Source of the DNA: an uncultured delta proteobacterium
GTDB taxonomy: Bacteria > Myxococcota_A > Polyangia > Haliangiales > Haliangiaceae
NCBI GenBank assembly: GCA_963848295.1
Contig: CAWKDB010000011.1
Coordinates: forward strand, 352,001 to 416,000
Direction: 5' to 3'
DNA: 64,000 nucleotides
Shown piece after piece: positions 9,190-19,184 of the stretch (position 1 is its first letter; each line of letters starts with the position of its first letter). Position numbers and translations under genes: made by a program. The notes under the pieces are model-generated. The model ran no database searches and had not been told where the DNA came from. It saw only the letters and a list, made by a program, of their open reading frames with translations.

Positions 9190-10716
9190 CTACTCGATCA
9201 CCGGCATGCAGGTCGCGCCGTCGTTGATCTGGGCGTTCGCGCGGAACGTGTTGAGCTGAGTCCACGCCGGCACCTCGTGCGCCGGGATCGTGCCGTCCTC
9301 GCGCACGTTGGTCACGTGATACGTGTGCTCGTTCCAGATCCGCCTGGCCTGGATCCAGCGGTCCATCTTGTCGCGGATGACCTGGACCGTCGGCGACGTG
9401 GTGAGGTACTGGTTCGACACCACGACGATCTCGGCCGACCCGTCGTTGTCGATATCGGCGACGACCGGGTACTCGGCCAGCGTCTCGCTCGAGCGCGGCA
9501 TCGAGAAGATCGCGTTGCCCGCATCGTCGAACACCCACAGCGTCGTCTCGTCGGCGTACATCGCCTCGGTGTGGCCATCGCCGAGGAAGTCGAAGGCGGT
9601 CCCGGCCGCGATGCCGGACTGGTCGGAGACCGGGGCGCTCCACACGATCGTGCCGTCTGCCTTGTAGTCGGTATAGAAGTCGGCCGAGCTCATCGCGTAC
9701 TCGGACGTGCCGTCGCCGTTGAAGTCGCCGATCACGGCCGGCCTGATCCACGTCGTGCGCCCCGCGGCGACATCGGTCGGTCTGACGTTCGAGTACTGCA
9801 CGATCCCATCGTGCGAGATCAACGACAGGCCCGATTGGTTGGTGAGCAGCACCTCGGGCTTGCCATCGCCGTCGAGATCCGCGACCTGCGGATAGCCCGG
9901 CTCGAGAGCGGTGGTCCAATACAGCGTGCCGTCGTCGTGATAGGCCGACTGGCCCAGCACGACCTCCATCTTGCCGTCGCCGTCGAGGTCCGCGATCGTG
10001 GTCGCGCTCCAGCTCGCCTCCGGCTGGCTCGCGACCCACTTGATGTGGCCGGTGTCGTCCCAGACCGTGTTGCCACCGATGATCTCGACGTGGCCGTCGC
10101 CGTCGAGATCCGCGAGCGCGATCGACGCCGCGTACCACGAGATCTGGGAGCCCTCGCTGGACAGGCCGTCCCACACGTCGGCCGGGCCGAACATCACGCT
10201 ACCGTCGTGGTGGAACGCCCATAGCTCGCCTTCGGTATCCACGGTGACGATCTCGGGGATGCCGTCACCGTCGAGATCGCCGAGCGCCGGCGTCACCGAA
10301 GCGTCGACAAAATACGGAATCATGAGCTCGACCGCGCCGGTGTCGCCCGCGAGCACGTAGATGTGGCCGGGATCCTGCGGCGAGCCTGGATCGCTCGATG
10401 CCACGACCACGACATCGGGGACGTCGCAAAGGTCGATCGCGCCGTCGCCGTTGTCGTCGGTGAGGTTGGCCACCAGGGGCGTGACGATGCTGTTGGTATC
10501 GTCGCCCGAACCATTCCACGCCCACTGGATCTCGGGATCGAAGCTGTCGGGCGGCGCCACGCTCATGCACGCGGGCACGCCATTGCCGGTGTTGTCGTTG
10601 ACCTTGCACTTGTTGATCGGCCCCGCGTCGCCGCCACCCGCGTCGATGCCGTCGCGACCATGATGTCCGCAGCCGGCCAGCAGACCGAAAAGTGCCACCG
10701 AAATCGAGGTGTTCAC
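9190..10716 (-). CDS. Lipoprotein with FG-GAP/VCBS-type Ca-binding beta-propeller repeats
   Basis: Lipobox LLAGC. Repeated DLDGDG.PE, DFNGDG and DIDNDG motifs. Confidence 0.85.
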   Translation of the reverse strand: MNTSISVALFGLLAGCGHHGRDGIDAGGGDAGPINKCKVNDNTGNGVPACMSVAPPDSFDPEIQWAWNGSGDDTNSIVTPLVANLTDDNGDGAIDLCDVPDVVVVASSDPGSPQDPGHIYVLAGDTGAVELMIPYFVDASVTPALGDLDGDGIPEIVTVDTEGELWAFHHDGSVMFGPADVWDGLSSEGSQISWYAASIALADLDGDGHVEIIGGNTVWDDTGHIKWVASQPEASWSATTIADLDGDGKMEVVLGQSAYHDDGTLYWTTALEPGYPQVADLDGDGKPEVLLTNQSGLSLISHDGIVQYSNVRPTDVAAGRTTWIRPAVIGDFNGDGTSEYAMSSADFYTDYKADGTIVWSAPVSDQSGIAAGTAFDFLGDGHTEAMYADETTLWVFDDAGNAIFSMPRSSETLAEYPVVADIDNDGSAEIVVVSNQYLTTSPTVQVIRDKMDRWIQARRIWNEHTYHVTNVREDGTIPAHEVPAWTQLNTFRANAQINDGATCMPVIE

Positions 10717-10951
10717 AACGCGTCAGTTAGATGGCCTCGAGCGGCCTGAATCAAGCAACATCTTGTCGACGGCGCTCGGCGCAGCGGTCGGGCCAATGCG
10801 GGGGTGGGACGGTCTCCAGCGAGTTTTTCCCCTTGCCGACTCGGCCACCGGGTTGCGCGACCCGCGCATACAAGTCGATCGCCACGCTGCGCAGGTCGCG
10901 TTTAGTGAACGGCCGCGGGGAGGTCGTTGCGCGACGACGAGTACGACCTGC

Positions 10952-11390
10952 ATGCGGATCAAAACGCTCATGTTCACAATGGCGCTCGCGGGGTGCAGTC
11001 ACAACGATCATGCCGGTCCCGATGCCGGCGGTGGCGACGCGGCCAACGCGTGCAAGGTGCAGGATGAGGGGAACGGCAATGCCGTACCGATCTGCACGAT
11101 GCACGCGCCACCCGACAGCTTCGATCCGGTGATCCAGTGGACGTGGAACGGCGGCGACTCGGGCGAGTCCAACAGCTACGTGAACCTCACCGACGACAGT
11201 GATCCGCGATTCGCAGGACCGCTGGATCCAAGCGCGCCGGATCTGGAACGAGCACTCGTATCACGTCACGAACGTCCGCGAGGATGGCACGATCCCGAGG
11301 GTCGAACCAAACTCGTGGCAGCAGCTCAACACGTACCGCGCGAACGCGCAGATCACCACGAACGGCGTGTGCGCGCCGCAGCTACTGTGA
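10952..11390 (+). pseudogene. Internally deleted, frameshifted paralog of the 9190..10716 lipoprotein, arranged head-to-head with it
   Basis: The N-part (ALAGC...APPDSFDPVIQWTWNG...NLTDD) and C-part (VIRDSQDRWIQARRIWNEHSYHVTNVREDGTIP...RANAQI) match the two ends of the neighbour. The propeller core is missing and the frame changes at ~11198. Confidence 0.85.
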
Positions 11391-11452
11391 ACCGCGAGAC
11401 GTCCCAACGACGATGAGCGCGCGGCGGCGCAGGTAGGAATAGCGGCGACTCC

Positions 11453-12166
11453 ATGCGACGTTCACCGATGATGATGCGCATGGTGGTCGCCGCGATGATC
11501 CTGTCAGCTGCGACCGAGGCGCGCGCCGGTGCATGTCTCGGCGAAGACGAGATCGTCGGCGAGATCGTACAGCTCGAAGCGTACGCGAAGGACCCGAAAG
11601 CGACGATCGACGGCTATCTGTGCGTGCGAGTCGCGTTCGGCGACGACGACGACATCGTCCCCGCGGCGCATCGCAAGAAGCTGCAAGCCCGGATCGAGAA
11701 GGCGTGCACCACGATCCTCACCCGCGATCACACCGACGCCGAATGTATCGAGCTCGCGGTCTGGCTCGGCAAGAAGTCGCTCGGGGGCGTCACGCTGTTC
11801 GACGTCGTCTCGAAGTACAAGATCGACATCTGGAGCTGGGATCGCTGGACGCCGATGTTGTGGATGCTCGGCCAGCTCGGCGACCCGCGCGGCGCGCCGA
11901 TCATCCGCGACGCGTGGACCGCCGCGATCGAGGTCGCGGCGAAGTACGAGAAGGCGCATCGCCATGGCGACATGCAGGCATGGGCGGGCTGGCGCAAGGA
12001 AGCCGCAGAGACGCTAGGCATGCTCGGCGTCGCCGCCGACAAGACCTTCCTCGAGGAACAGGCCGCGGCGACCAAGGACCGGTACGTCAAGCAGTCGTGT
12101 CTCGACGCCGCGAAGGCGATCGAACATCGGCTGTCCCTCGCGACGCCGCCCGCCGCTCGACCGTGA
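11453..12166 (+). CDS. Secreted helical protein with HEAT-like repeats
   Basis: Signal peptide ending ARA. LGQLGDPRGAP and RKEAAETLGMLG are HEAT-like segments. Confidence 0.6.
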   Translation: MRRSPMMMRMVVAAMILSAATEARAGACLGEDEIVGEIVQLEAYAKDPKATIDGYLCVRVAFGDDDDIVPAAHRKKLQARIEKACTTILTRDHTDAECIELAVWLGKKSLGGVTLFDVVSKYKIDIWSWDRWTPMLWMLGQLGDPRGAPIIRDAWTAAIEVAAKYEKAHRHGDMQAWAGWRKEAAETLGMLGVAADKTFLEEQAAATKDRYVKQSCLDAAKAIEHRLSLATPPAARP

Positions 12167-12181
12167 CGCGCCTGCGCGGCA

Positions 12182-12919
12182 TCACTGCGAGCAGTTGGAC
12201 CCGTTGGTCACGAAGTCGTAGTTGACCACCGCCGCGCTCGGCGCCGGCGTCGGCGTGAACGTGCAGCTCGGGGCCCCCGGGACGCATCCGGCACTGCCGG
12301 ACCGGAACGTACCGAAAGCGGTGCAGCCGGGGTCGGCGGTGGCCGTGAGGGTCGTGGTCGCCCCATTGATGAGGAAGCCGACGCACACGCCTCCAGCGGT
12401 GCAGGTCAGATCAGGATCGCAGGTATTGCAGTTGATCTCGCTCGCGGCATCGTCGACCGAGCCTTGGTCGGGGATCAGCGCGAGCCAGGCCTGCGAGCTC
12501 GGTGCGAACCGCGCGGTGACGAGGAGCTCGCCGCTCGTCGGGGCGAGGATGCAAGTCGGCCTGCCGCCGGTGTCGTTGACGTTCTGGTACAGGCACGCGT
12601 TATCCCAGAGCACGAACACGCTCGTCATCGGCGCGGCCGTCGCGGTCAGCGTGACCGTCGTACCTGCCGGATACTGGGAGATGCACTTCGTGGGCGACAT
12701 CTCGTTGCAAGTCGTGGGAGCGTTCCGCCCGTCGTCGATCGAGACCGTGCCCAGATCGCCCAGCGTGGTCACGTCGAGCTGAAACATCCCCACCGGCACG
12801 TCCCGCCCGATGTCGGCGACCACGGCGTCGCTACCGGCGAGCGGGATGTGCTCGATGCCGAACAGCTGGCCACAGCCGCCGCCGATCAACGCGAACGCGC
12901 ACGTGGCGATGATCCGCAC
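12182..12919 (-). CDS. Cys-rich lipoprotein with InlB-B/Flg_new-like repeat domains
   Basis: GTG start overlapping the upstream TAG. LIGGGC lipobox-like motif. YPAGTTVTLTATA...FVLWDNAC repeat, with a second TTLTATA copy. Confidence 0.6.
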   Translation of the reverse strand: MRIIATCAFALIGGGCGQLFGIEHIPLAGSDAVVADIGRDVPVGMFQLDVTTLGDLGTVSIDDGRNAPTTCNEMSPTKCISQYPAGTTVTLTATAAPMTSVFVLWDNACLYQNVNDTGGRPTCILAPTSGELLVTARFAPSSQAWLALIPDQGSVDDAASEINCNTCDPDLTCTAGGVCVGFLINGATTTLTATADPGCTAFGTFRSGSAGCVPGAPSCTFTPTPAPSAAVVNYDFVTNGSNCSQ

Positions 12920-13857
12920 TAGAACCTCACCGCCAGCGATAGCGACGCCGATCGGCGATCGAGGCCCGGCACGACCTCGGCGTTGCGCGGTCTGCCTACG
13001 AACCACAGCACGATGCCTGCGGCGATCGCGGCGGCCCCGATCGCGCCGGCGGCGGTCGCGACCGATGCACGCGTGGTCGCGCGATCGCTCAGCGAGACCG
13101 CGTGAGCATCGTGGCACGGCGTTCCGCTCGGGCAGGTCTGCCGCGCGTCGTTCATCAAGATCGTCGCGTCGATCAAGAGCCCGAGGCCGGTGCCCGCCGA
13201 GGCGACCCCGGCGCCGCCGAGCACGAGCGCGGCGGTGCGCAACCCCGAACGCGGCTGCGGCTCGGGACGCCGCGACACGACCGGTGCCGGCAGCGGGATC
13301 AGCGCCGGCACCACGACCCGCTCGCGATCGCCGTCGGGCTTGACCGCGATCGAAGTGCGCCACGGTGCGAAGCCCGGCGCGGTGGCCGAGATCGCGTGCC
13401 CGCCGGGATCGATCGCGATCGGCTGGCCCCATGCCGCGGCGGCCAGGGGCTTTCCGTCGCGCGCGATCACGAGCCCGGCGATCGTCGACGGCGCGACGAT
13501 CGTGATGTAGGAGAGCGCCGGCTCGAGCTCGGCGGCCCGCTTGTCGGCCTCGGCCTTGCGCTCGTCGCCGAGCTTGCCGGCGAGCCGTCCGGCTTCGACG
13601 AACGCCGCCCACGCACTGGCGGTCTGCGCGAGCTTCGCGCGGCAGTCGCCGAGGTTCAGGAACGTCCCCACCGAGGCATCGAGCGCCGCACTCGCGGCGA
13701 ACCGGTCGCAGGCTTCGGAGAGCTTGCCGTCCTTGAGCAACGCCCGTCCATCGCGGAACAGCTGCTCGGCCTCCGGGTTGGGGGGCTCGTTCAGCGGATC
13801 GCCATGCGCCGCGTGGACTGCGCACATGCACGCCGCGACCACCCAAAACAGCCGCAT
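12919..13857 (-). CDS. Secreted TPR + PEGA-like domain protein (myxobacterial type)
   Basis: Signal peptide, AEQLFRDGRALL...EACDRF...GTFLNLGDC TPR, IDPGGHAISATAPG PEGA-like segment, C-terminal hydrophobic segments ending in F. Confidence 0.75.
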   Translation of the reverse strand: MRLFWVVAACMCAVHAAHGDPLNEPPNPEAEQLFRDGRALLKDGKLSEACDRFAASAALDASVGTFLNLGDCRAKLAQTASAWAAFVEAGRLAGKLGDERKAEADKRAAELEPALSYITIVAPSTIAGLVIARDGKPLAAAAWGQPIAIDPGGHAISATAPGFAPWRTSIAVKPDGDRERVVVPALIPLPAPVVSRRPEPQPRSGLRTAALVLGGAGVASAGTGLGLLIDATILMNDARQTCPSGTPCHDAHAVSLSDRATTRASVATAAGAIGAAAIAAGIVLWFVGRPRNAEVVPGLDRRSASLSLAVRF

Positions 13858-13915
13858 CCTGTCCAGGCTGGCGCGTCCGACCGCGAAACACAAGCGACGA
13901 ACGGCGACGACCGAC

Positions 13916-13931
13916 CGGCATCGCCCGTGCA
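13916..13931 (+). promoter_or_regulatory. Putative sigma54 -24/-12 promoter
   Basis: CGGCATCGCCCGTGCA (GG-N10-GC). ATG 13944 lies 14 nt after the -12 C. Confidence 0.55.
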
Positions 13932-13943
13932 ACCGCAAAGGGG

Positions 13944-15215
13944 ATGGCGAGCCGCGCAACCATCGTGTGGTGTTTCGCGACCATCGCAGCCGGCTGCGGC
14001 GGCGGTGGTGTAGCGAAGCCCGACGCCCCCGCCACTCTCGACGCCGGCGCCCCGGATGCGGCCCCGTCGTTGACCGAGCTGTGTGGCCCGTTCGAGTCGG
14101 GCGCCGAGTGGCAGCGCTGCTCGGCGAACCCGCTCGTCACCGGCATGCGCCCGTCGTCCGACGGCCGGATCGAGCTGACCGAAGCCGATCCGACCGTGAT
14201 GTTCGATCCCGACGATCACCTGTGGAAAGCGTGGTGGTCGGTCGTGATCACGTCGGACTGCATGACGATCGGCACGCCGACCGACGATCACGAAGTCGAC
14301 ATCAAGTACGCCGAGAGCAGCGACGGCGTCCATTGGTCGATCCAAGCCGAGCCCGTGATGCGCTCGCACGGCGCGTCGACCGCATGGGACTACACGACGG
14401 TCGAGACCCCGACCGTGGTCAAGGACGACTCCGCCCCGGCCGCTCAGCGCTACGCGATGATCTATTCCGGCGGCAACAACGCCGCCCTGATGATCCTCGG
14501 CCAGACCGGTTGGCAGGTCGGCCTCGCTTATTCGCCCGACGGCAAGACGTTCACGCGTCTGCCCGCCGCCGATTCTCCGTATGCGTCCGCGGCGACGCCA
14601 TTTCAAGACATCACCGGCCTGGTGTTGCTCGCGAGCGACGCGTTTCCCTCGCTGACGAACCTCGGGCCCGGCATCATCGCCGATCCCGAGCTGCACAAGC
14701 GCGGCGACACCTGGCACCTGTGGTTCTCGTCGCTCGCGATGTCGAGCGATGGCCAGACCGCGCTCGCGTACGGCGTGTCGCACGCGACCTCGACCGATCT
14801 CGTGCACTGGACGATGACGCCGACCAATCCGGTCATCGCCGGCGCGGCGACGCCCGCGGTGTACGACGACGGGACGTCGTACGAGCTGTGGTTTCACCAG
14901 GACTCGACGGCGGACAAAGCGACGGTCCCGAGCGTCTTGTATCCGACGCTCGGCGTCTGGCACGTGACCTCGACCGACGGCGTCACGTGGACCGCGCCGG
15001 GCGCGACGCGTGACTTCACGTGGGATTCGCAAGCCACGTACGAGACGTATGGCCAGCTGCCCGGCGTCGCGATCGCCCACGATCCGATCGGACCGTTGCG
15101 CATGTATTACTCGGCCTGGGGATCGGTCCCCGCGCCGGCGGGATCTTGCGTGTACACGCAAGCCGGTACGGTGCCGGGCACCGATAACCTGCTGCTCGCG
15201 GTTCGAGCAGAGTGA
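13944..15215 (+). CDS. Lipoprotein with a five-bladed beta-propeller glycoside-hydrolase-like fold (GH32/43/130-like)
   Basis: Lipobox IAAGC. ADPTV, WD..VETPTVV and ADPEL blades, plus S.DG..W Asp-box repeats. Confidence 0.65.
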   Translation: MASRATIVWCFATIAAGCGGGGVAKPDAPATLDAGAPDAAPSLTELCGPFESGAEWQRCSANPLVTGMRPSSDGRIELTEADPTVMFDPDDHLWKAWWSVVITSDCMTIGTPTDDHEVDIKYAESSDGVHWSIQAEPVMRSHGASTAWDYTTVETPTVVKDDSAPAAQRYAMIYSGGNNAALMILGQTGWQVGLAYSPDGKTFTRLPAADSPYASAATPFQDITGLVLLASDAFPSLTNLGPGIIADPELHKRGDTWHLWFSSLAMSSDGQTALAYGVSHATSTDLVHWTMTPTNPVIAGAATPAVYDDGTSYELWFHQDSTADKATVPSVLYPTLGVWHVTSTDGVTWTAPGATRDFTWDSQATYETYGQLPGVAIAHDPIGPLRMYYSAWGSVPAPAGSCVYTQAGTVPGTDNLLLAVRAE

Positions 15216-15386
15216 ACTTTCCCGGGAGCGGTCGATTACCTGGTCATGTCGACGAACCGTGATGCGATCGCGTGGTGGCTATGCGGACTGGTGGCGGTAG
15301 CGACCGGCCGGGTGCGGCTCAACGATGTGGCCCTCGAGCTCGCCCGCGTGTCGCAGCTGGCGTGCGCCTAGCCGTATAGTGGCGGC

Positions 15387-16604
15387 GTGGAGACCGCCGA
15401 CCAGCAGTGGCAACGCTATCGCCGCGCGCTCTCGGCCGAGCGCCTGCCCGCTGCGCTCGTCGACCTCGACGCGTTCGAGCGCAACATCGATCGCATGGTC
15501 GAGCCGCTGCGCGCGGCGGGCAAGCGACTGCGGATCGCCACGAAGTCGTTGCGTTGCCCCGCGCTCGTCGAGCGCGTGCGCGAGCGCGCCGGCGAGCTCG
15601 CGATCGGCTTGATGACGTACACCGCCGGCGAGACGGCGTGGTGGGCCCGCCACGGGGCCACCGACCTGCTGCTCGCGTATCCGACGGTCCGGTCGGCGGA
15701 CACCGACGATCTCGCGGTCGCGAACCGCTCCGCGACGGCGGCGGTGGTCGTCGATCACCGCGACCAGGTCAGCGCGATCGCGACCGCAGCGCGGCGCGCG
15801 GGGACGATCGTGCCGCTCGTGATCGAGCTCGACGTGTCGTGGCGTCCGCTCGGGGCGATGCACGTGGGCGCGAGACGCAGCCCGCTGCGCACGGCGGCGG
15901 CGGTCGTCGAGCTCGCGCGCATCATCGCCGCGACCGAAGGCACCAAGCTCGCCGGCGTGATGGGCTACGAAGCGCACATCGCCGGCACGACCGACGCCGG
16001 ACCGTTCCATCGCTGGCAACACGGGGCGCGGCGGGTCGTCAAACGCTTGTCGCGCGGTCCGGTCGAGGAGGCGCGAGCCGACGTCGCGCGCGCGCTCGCC
16101 GACGCCGGGCTGCCGGCCGCGTTGTTCAACGGCGGCGGGACTGGTTCGGTCGCGTGGGCCGCCGCCGACCCGACGCTGACCGAGGTCACGATCGGCAGCG
16201 GGTTCGTCGACTCGCTGTTGTTCGATCAGTATCGCGGGCTCGAGCTCGAGCCCGCAGCGTGCTTCGCGTTGCAAGTCGTGCGGCGCCCTGCCCCGTGGCT
16301 CGTCACCTGCCACGGTGGCGGGTTCATCGCCTCGGGAGACGGCGGACCGGATCGGTTGCCGCGGCCGTGGCTGCCCGAGGGCTGCACCCTGCTCGCGCTC
16401 GAAGGTGCGGGCGAAGTTCAGACCCCGGTCGCGTTGCCCGAGCACGGCGCGATCGAGATCACACTCGGCGATCCGATCCTGTTCCGCCACGCGAAAGCCG
16501 GCGAGCTCGCCGAGCACTTCGATCACTACCTGCTCGTGCGCGGCGACGCGATCGTCGAGCGCGCGCCGACGTGGCGCGGTTTGCAGCAATGCTTTCTTGG
16601 CTGA
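15387..16604 (+). CDS. PLP-dependent fold-III enzyme (alanine-racemase N-domain; D-amino-acid deaminase/aldolase-like)
   Basis: PAALVDLDAF, RIATKSLRC (PLP Lys), GVMGYEAHIAG, NGGGTGS, EVTIGSG, FRHAKAGE. Confidence 0.85.
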   Translation: METADQQWQRYRRALSAERLPAALVDLDAFERNIDRMVEPLRAAGKRLRIATKSLRCPALVERVRERAGELAIGLMTYTAGETAWWARHGATDLLLAYPTVRSADTDDLAVANRSATAAVVVDHRDQVSAIATAARRAGTIVPLVIELDVSWRPLGAMHVGARRSPLRTAAAVVELARIIAATEGTKLAGVMGYEAHIAGTTDAGPFHRWQHGARRVVKRLSRGPVEEARADVARALADAGLPAALFNGGGTGSVAWAAADPTLTEVTIGSGFVDSLLFDQYRGLELEPAACFALQVVRRPAPWLVTCHGGGFIASGDGGPDRLPRPWLPEGCTLLALEGAGEVQTPVALPEHGAIEITLGDPILFRHAKAGELAEHFDHYLLVRGDAIVERAPTWRGLQQCFLG

Positions 16605-16621
16605 GTGCTACATTGCTGGCG

Positions 16622-18631
16622 ATGCAGCGGAGGCGCGCGGCGCACATCGTCGTCGGGGGCATCCTCGCGACCGCGGGCTGTTCCGGATCGAAGGTCGCGC
16701 CGACTCAGCTGTCGATGTCGTTCGCGCGCACTTCGTTCTACGACGCGCCATTCCCGTCTGACGATCTCGTGACCTCGACCGGCACGATCGATCTATCGGG
16801 CCTACCCGATCCCGACATGCCGATGCTGATGGAGCAAGCACGCGGCCTGCTCGCGACGGCCGACGGTTTCGCCCAAACGGGCGCGGTGTTCTTCCGCGCG
16901 ACCGCGGCACTCGATCCGACGACGCTGCCCGATCTCGCCGGCTCGGTCGCGAGCGATGCGGCGGTCTACCTCGTCGCGATCGATCCCGCGCAGCCCGATT
17001 ACATGGTGAAGAAGCCGATCGACATCGCGTACGTCCCCGACGGCGGACCGTTCGGCGCGACGTTCATGCTCTCGCTGTTACCGTTGCAGGGCTCGCCCCT
17101 CGGCGCTGGCGAAACCTATGCGGCGGTCGTCACGACCTCGGTGACCGACGCGACCGGCCAAGCCCTCCTGCCATCCGACGCGATGACCGCGCTCGCGGCC
17201 GGCGGCGCGCCCGATGGCCTGTCCGGCGATGCCCTCGCTCACTATCAAGCCGCGATCACGGCGATCACCGCAGCGGGCTCCGATGCCTCCACGATCGCCG
17301 GGCTCGCGGTGTTCACGACCGAGCACGCCGCCGCCGGACTCGACGCCGTGCGCGCCGATGCGCTCGCACTGACCCCGCCGACGATCAGCGCGCCGACGCC
17401 GAGCGACGTGTTCGACGACTACTGCGTGTTCGACGCGATGATCGCGATGCCCGACTATCAGACCGGCACGCCGCCGTACACGAACGACGGCGGCGGCTGG
17501 TCGTACGATGCGACCGGCAAGCCGATCGTCGACCACAGCGAGATGGCGCGCGTCGTGTTCACGATCCCGAAAGCTCCGACGCCGCCCGGCGGATGGCCGC
17601 TCGTACTGTTCGTGCGCACCGGTGGCGGCGGCGATCGCCCGCTAGTCGATCGCGGTGTGTGCTCGACGCCCGACTTCACGGCGCCGATCACCCCGGGCTC
17701 GGGGCCCGCGATGGACCTCGCCCAGGTCGGCTACGCCGGGGTCATGGTCGACGGCCCACTCGGCGGCATTCGCAACCCGAACGGCGCGGATGAAGAGTTC
17801 CTGATCTTCAACATCGAGAACGCGGCGGCGTTGCGCGACAACGTGCGCGAAAGTGCGGTCGAGCTCGCGCTGTTCCGCCACGTCGTCGGCCCGTTCACGT
17901 TCGATGCATCGAGCTGTCCGGGCGCCGGACAAGTCGCGTTCGACGAGTCGCACGTCGCGATCATGGGGCACTCGATGGGTGCGTGGATCGCGCCGCTGGT
18001 GGTCGCGACCGATCCGAGCGACTTCGGCCCGTCGGTGCTGTCCGGCGCGGGCGCGAGCTTCATCGCGAACATGCTCGACAAGCAGAAGCCGATCGAGGTC
18101 GATTTCATCATCGCGTCGCTGCTCGACTACCCGAGTCATGGCTATCAGATCGATCGCCACGATCCCGGCCTGTCGATCCTGCAGTGGGCCGCCGAGCCCG
18201 CCGATCCGCAGGTCTACACGCCGTCGATCGTCCACGGCGCGACCCCGCACTCGGTGCTGATGATCCAGGGCATCGTCGATCACTACATCCTGCCGTCGAT
18301 CGCGAACTCGACGAGCCTGTCGCTCGGGCTCGACGAAGCCGGCACCGCGTACGACGCGACGAACGCCGAGCTCCAGGGTCTCGATCAACCGGTGCTCGGC
18401 CCATTGCTTCCGCTCGTCGGCCGAAGCGCGATCGCCGAGCCGGTCACCGGCAATATCTCGGGCTCGACCACCGCGGTGGTCGTCCAGCACCCCGGCGACG
18501 CGATCGAAGACGGGCACGAGGTCATGTTCCAGACCGAGCCGCCGAAACATCAATACCGTTGCTTCTTGAAGTCGTGGCTCACCGGCACGCCGACCGTTCC
18601 GCCCGACGGTGCCGAGCTCGATCCGTGTTGA
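16622..18631 (+). CDS. Lipoprotein alpha/beta-hydrolase (lipase-like)
   Basis: Lipobox ATAGC, N-terminal FYDAPFPSD, nucleophile elbow GHSMG, and late Asp/His candidates (VDHY, DGHE). Confidence 0.7.
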   Translation: MQRRRAAHIVVGGILATAGCSGSKVAPTQLSMSFARTSFYDAPFPSDDLVTSTGTIDLSGLPDPDMPMLMEQARGLLATADGFAQTGAVFFRATAALDPTTLPDLAGSVASDAAVYLVAIDPAQPDYMVKKPIDIAYVPDGGPFGATFMLSLLPLQGSPLGAGETYAAVVTTSVTDATGQALLPSDAMTALAAGGAPDGLSGDALAHYQAAITAITAAGSDASTIAGLAVFTTEHAAAGLDAVRADALALTPPTISAPTPSDVFDDYCVFDAMIAMPDYQTGTPPYTNDGGGWSYDATGKPIVDHSEMARVVFTIPKAPTPPGGWPLVLFVRTGGGGDRPLVDRGVCSTPDFTAPITPGSGPAMDLAQVGYAGVMVDGPLGGIRNPNGADEEFLIFNIENAAALRDNVRESAVELALFRHVVGPFTFDASSCPGAGQVAFDESHVAIMGHSMGAWIAPLVVATDPSDFGPSVLSGAGASFIANMLDKQKPIEVDFIIASLLDYPSHGYQIDRHDPGLSILQWAAEPADPQVYTPSIVHGATPHSVLMIQGIVDHYILPSIANSTSLSLGLDEAGTAYDATNAELQGLDQPVLGPLLPLVGRSAIAEPVTGNISGSTTAVVVQHPGDAIEDGHEVMFQTEPPKHQYRCFLKSWLTGTPTVPPDGAELDPC

Positions 18632-18635
18632 TGCG

Positions 18636-19184
18636 CTACCAGCGATAAGCGCTCGCGAGTGAGAGCGCGACCGCGTAGTCACCGTTGCTGTCGAACGCGA
18701 CCTCCGCGGTCGGGCGCACGCGAAAGTGCGCGGTGCCGATATCGAGCCCGAGGCGCGGCACGATCTCGGCGTTGGTCGTGCGCAGGTTGTCGGAGTCGTC
18801 CATCAAGCGCTCGTGGCGGACGCCGAGGTCGACGCCGACTACCAAGCAGGCGAACCTGCGCGCGCTGCACACCGGTGATTCGAGGCCGACGCGCGCGTCG
18901 AGATAGTCGTTCGATCCGCCGCCCCCGTCGACGTCGGCCATCCCGCCCTGCGCGAGCAGCACGTGCGCCCACAACCGCGGGTCGCCGAGCCGGATCCCGC
19001 CCTCGAGCTCGAACGCGCCGTACGCCACGCCGCTCGCGCCGCCGTTGTACGCGGCGCCCAGCGCGACACCTCCGCCGAGATACGCGGTGGATGGCGCCGG
19101 CACCGACGCGACGATCGAGGGTTCGGCCGAAGCGACGCTCGCGGTGACCGCGAGCACGGAACTTACCAAGATAAGGGTTCGCAT
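18636..19184 (-). CDS. Small outer-membrane beta-barrel-like protein
   Basis: Signal peptide (ASA-E), alternating amphipathic strands, C-terminal AYRW beta-signal. Confidence 0.55.
   Translation of the reverse strand: MRTLILVSSVLAVTASVASAEPSIVASVPAPSTAYLGGGVALGAAYNGGASGVAYGAFELEGGIRLGDPRLWAHVLLAQGGMADVDGGGGSNDYLDARVGLESPVCSARRFACLVVGVDLGVRHERLMDDSDNLRTTNAEIVPRLGLDIGTAHFRVRPTAEVAFDSNGDYAVALSLASAYRW

Noticed and set aside
15246..15371. 41-aa ORF MSTNRDAIAWWLCGLVAVATG...
   Set aside because: It has a signal-peptide-like start and may be another gene remnant, but there is no recognisable motif to support a call.
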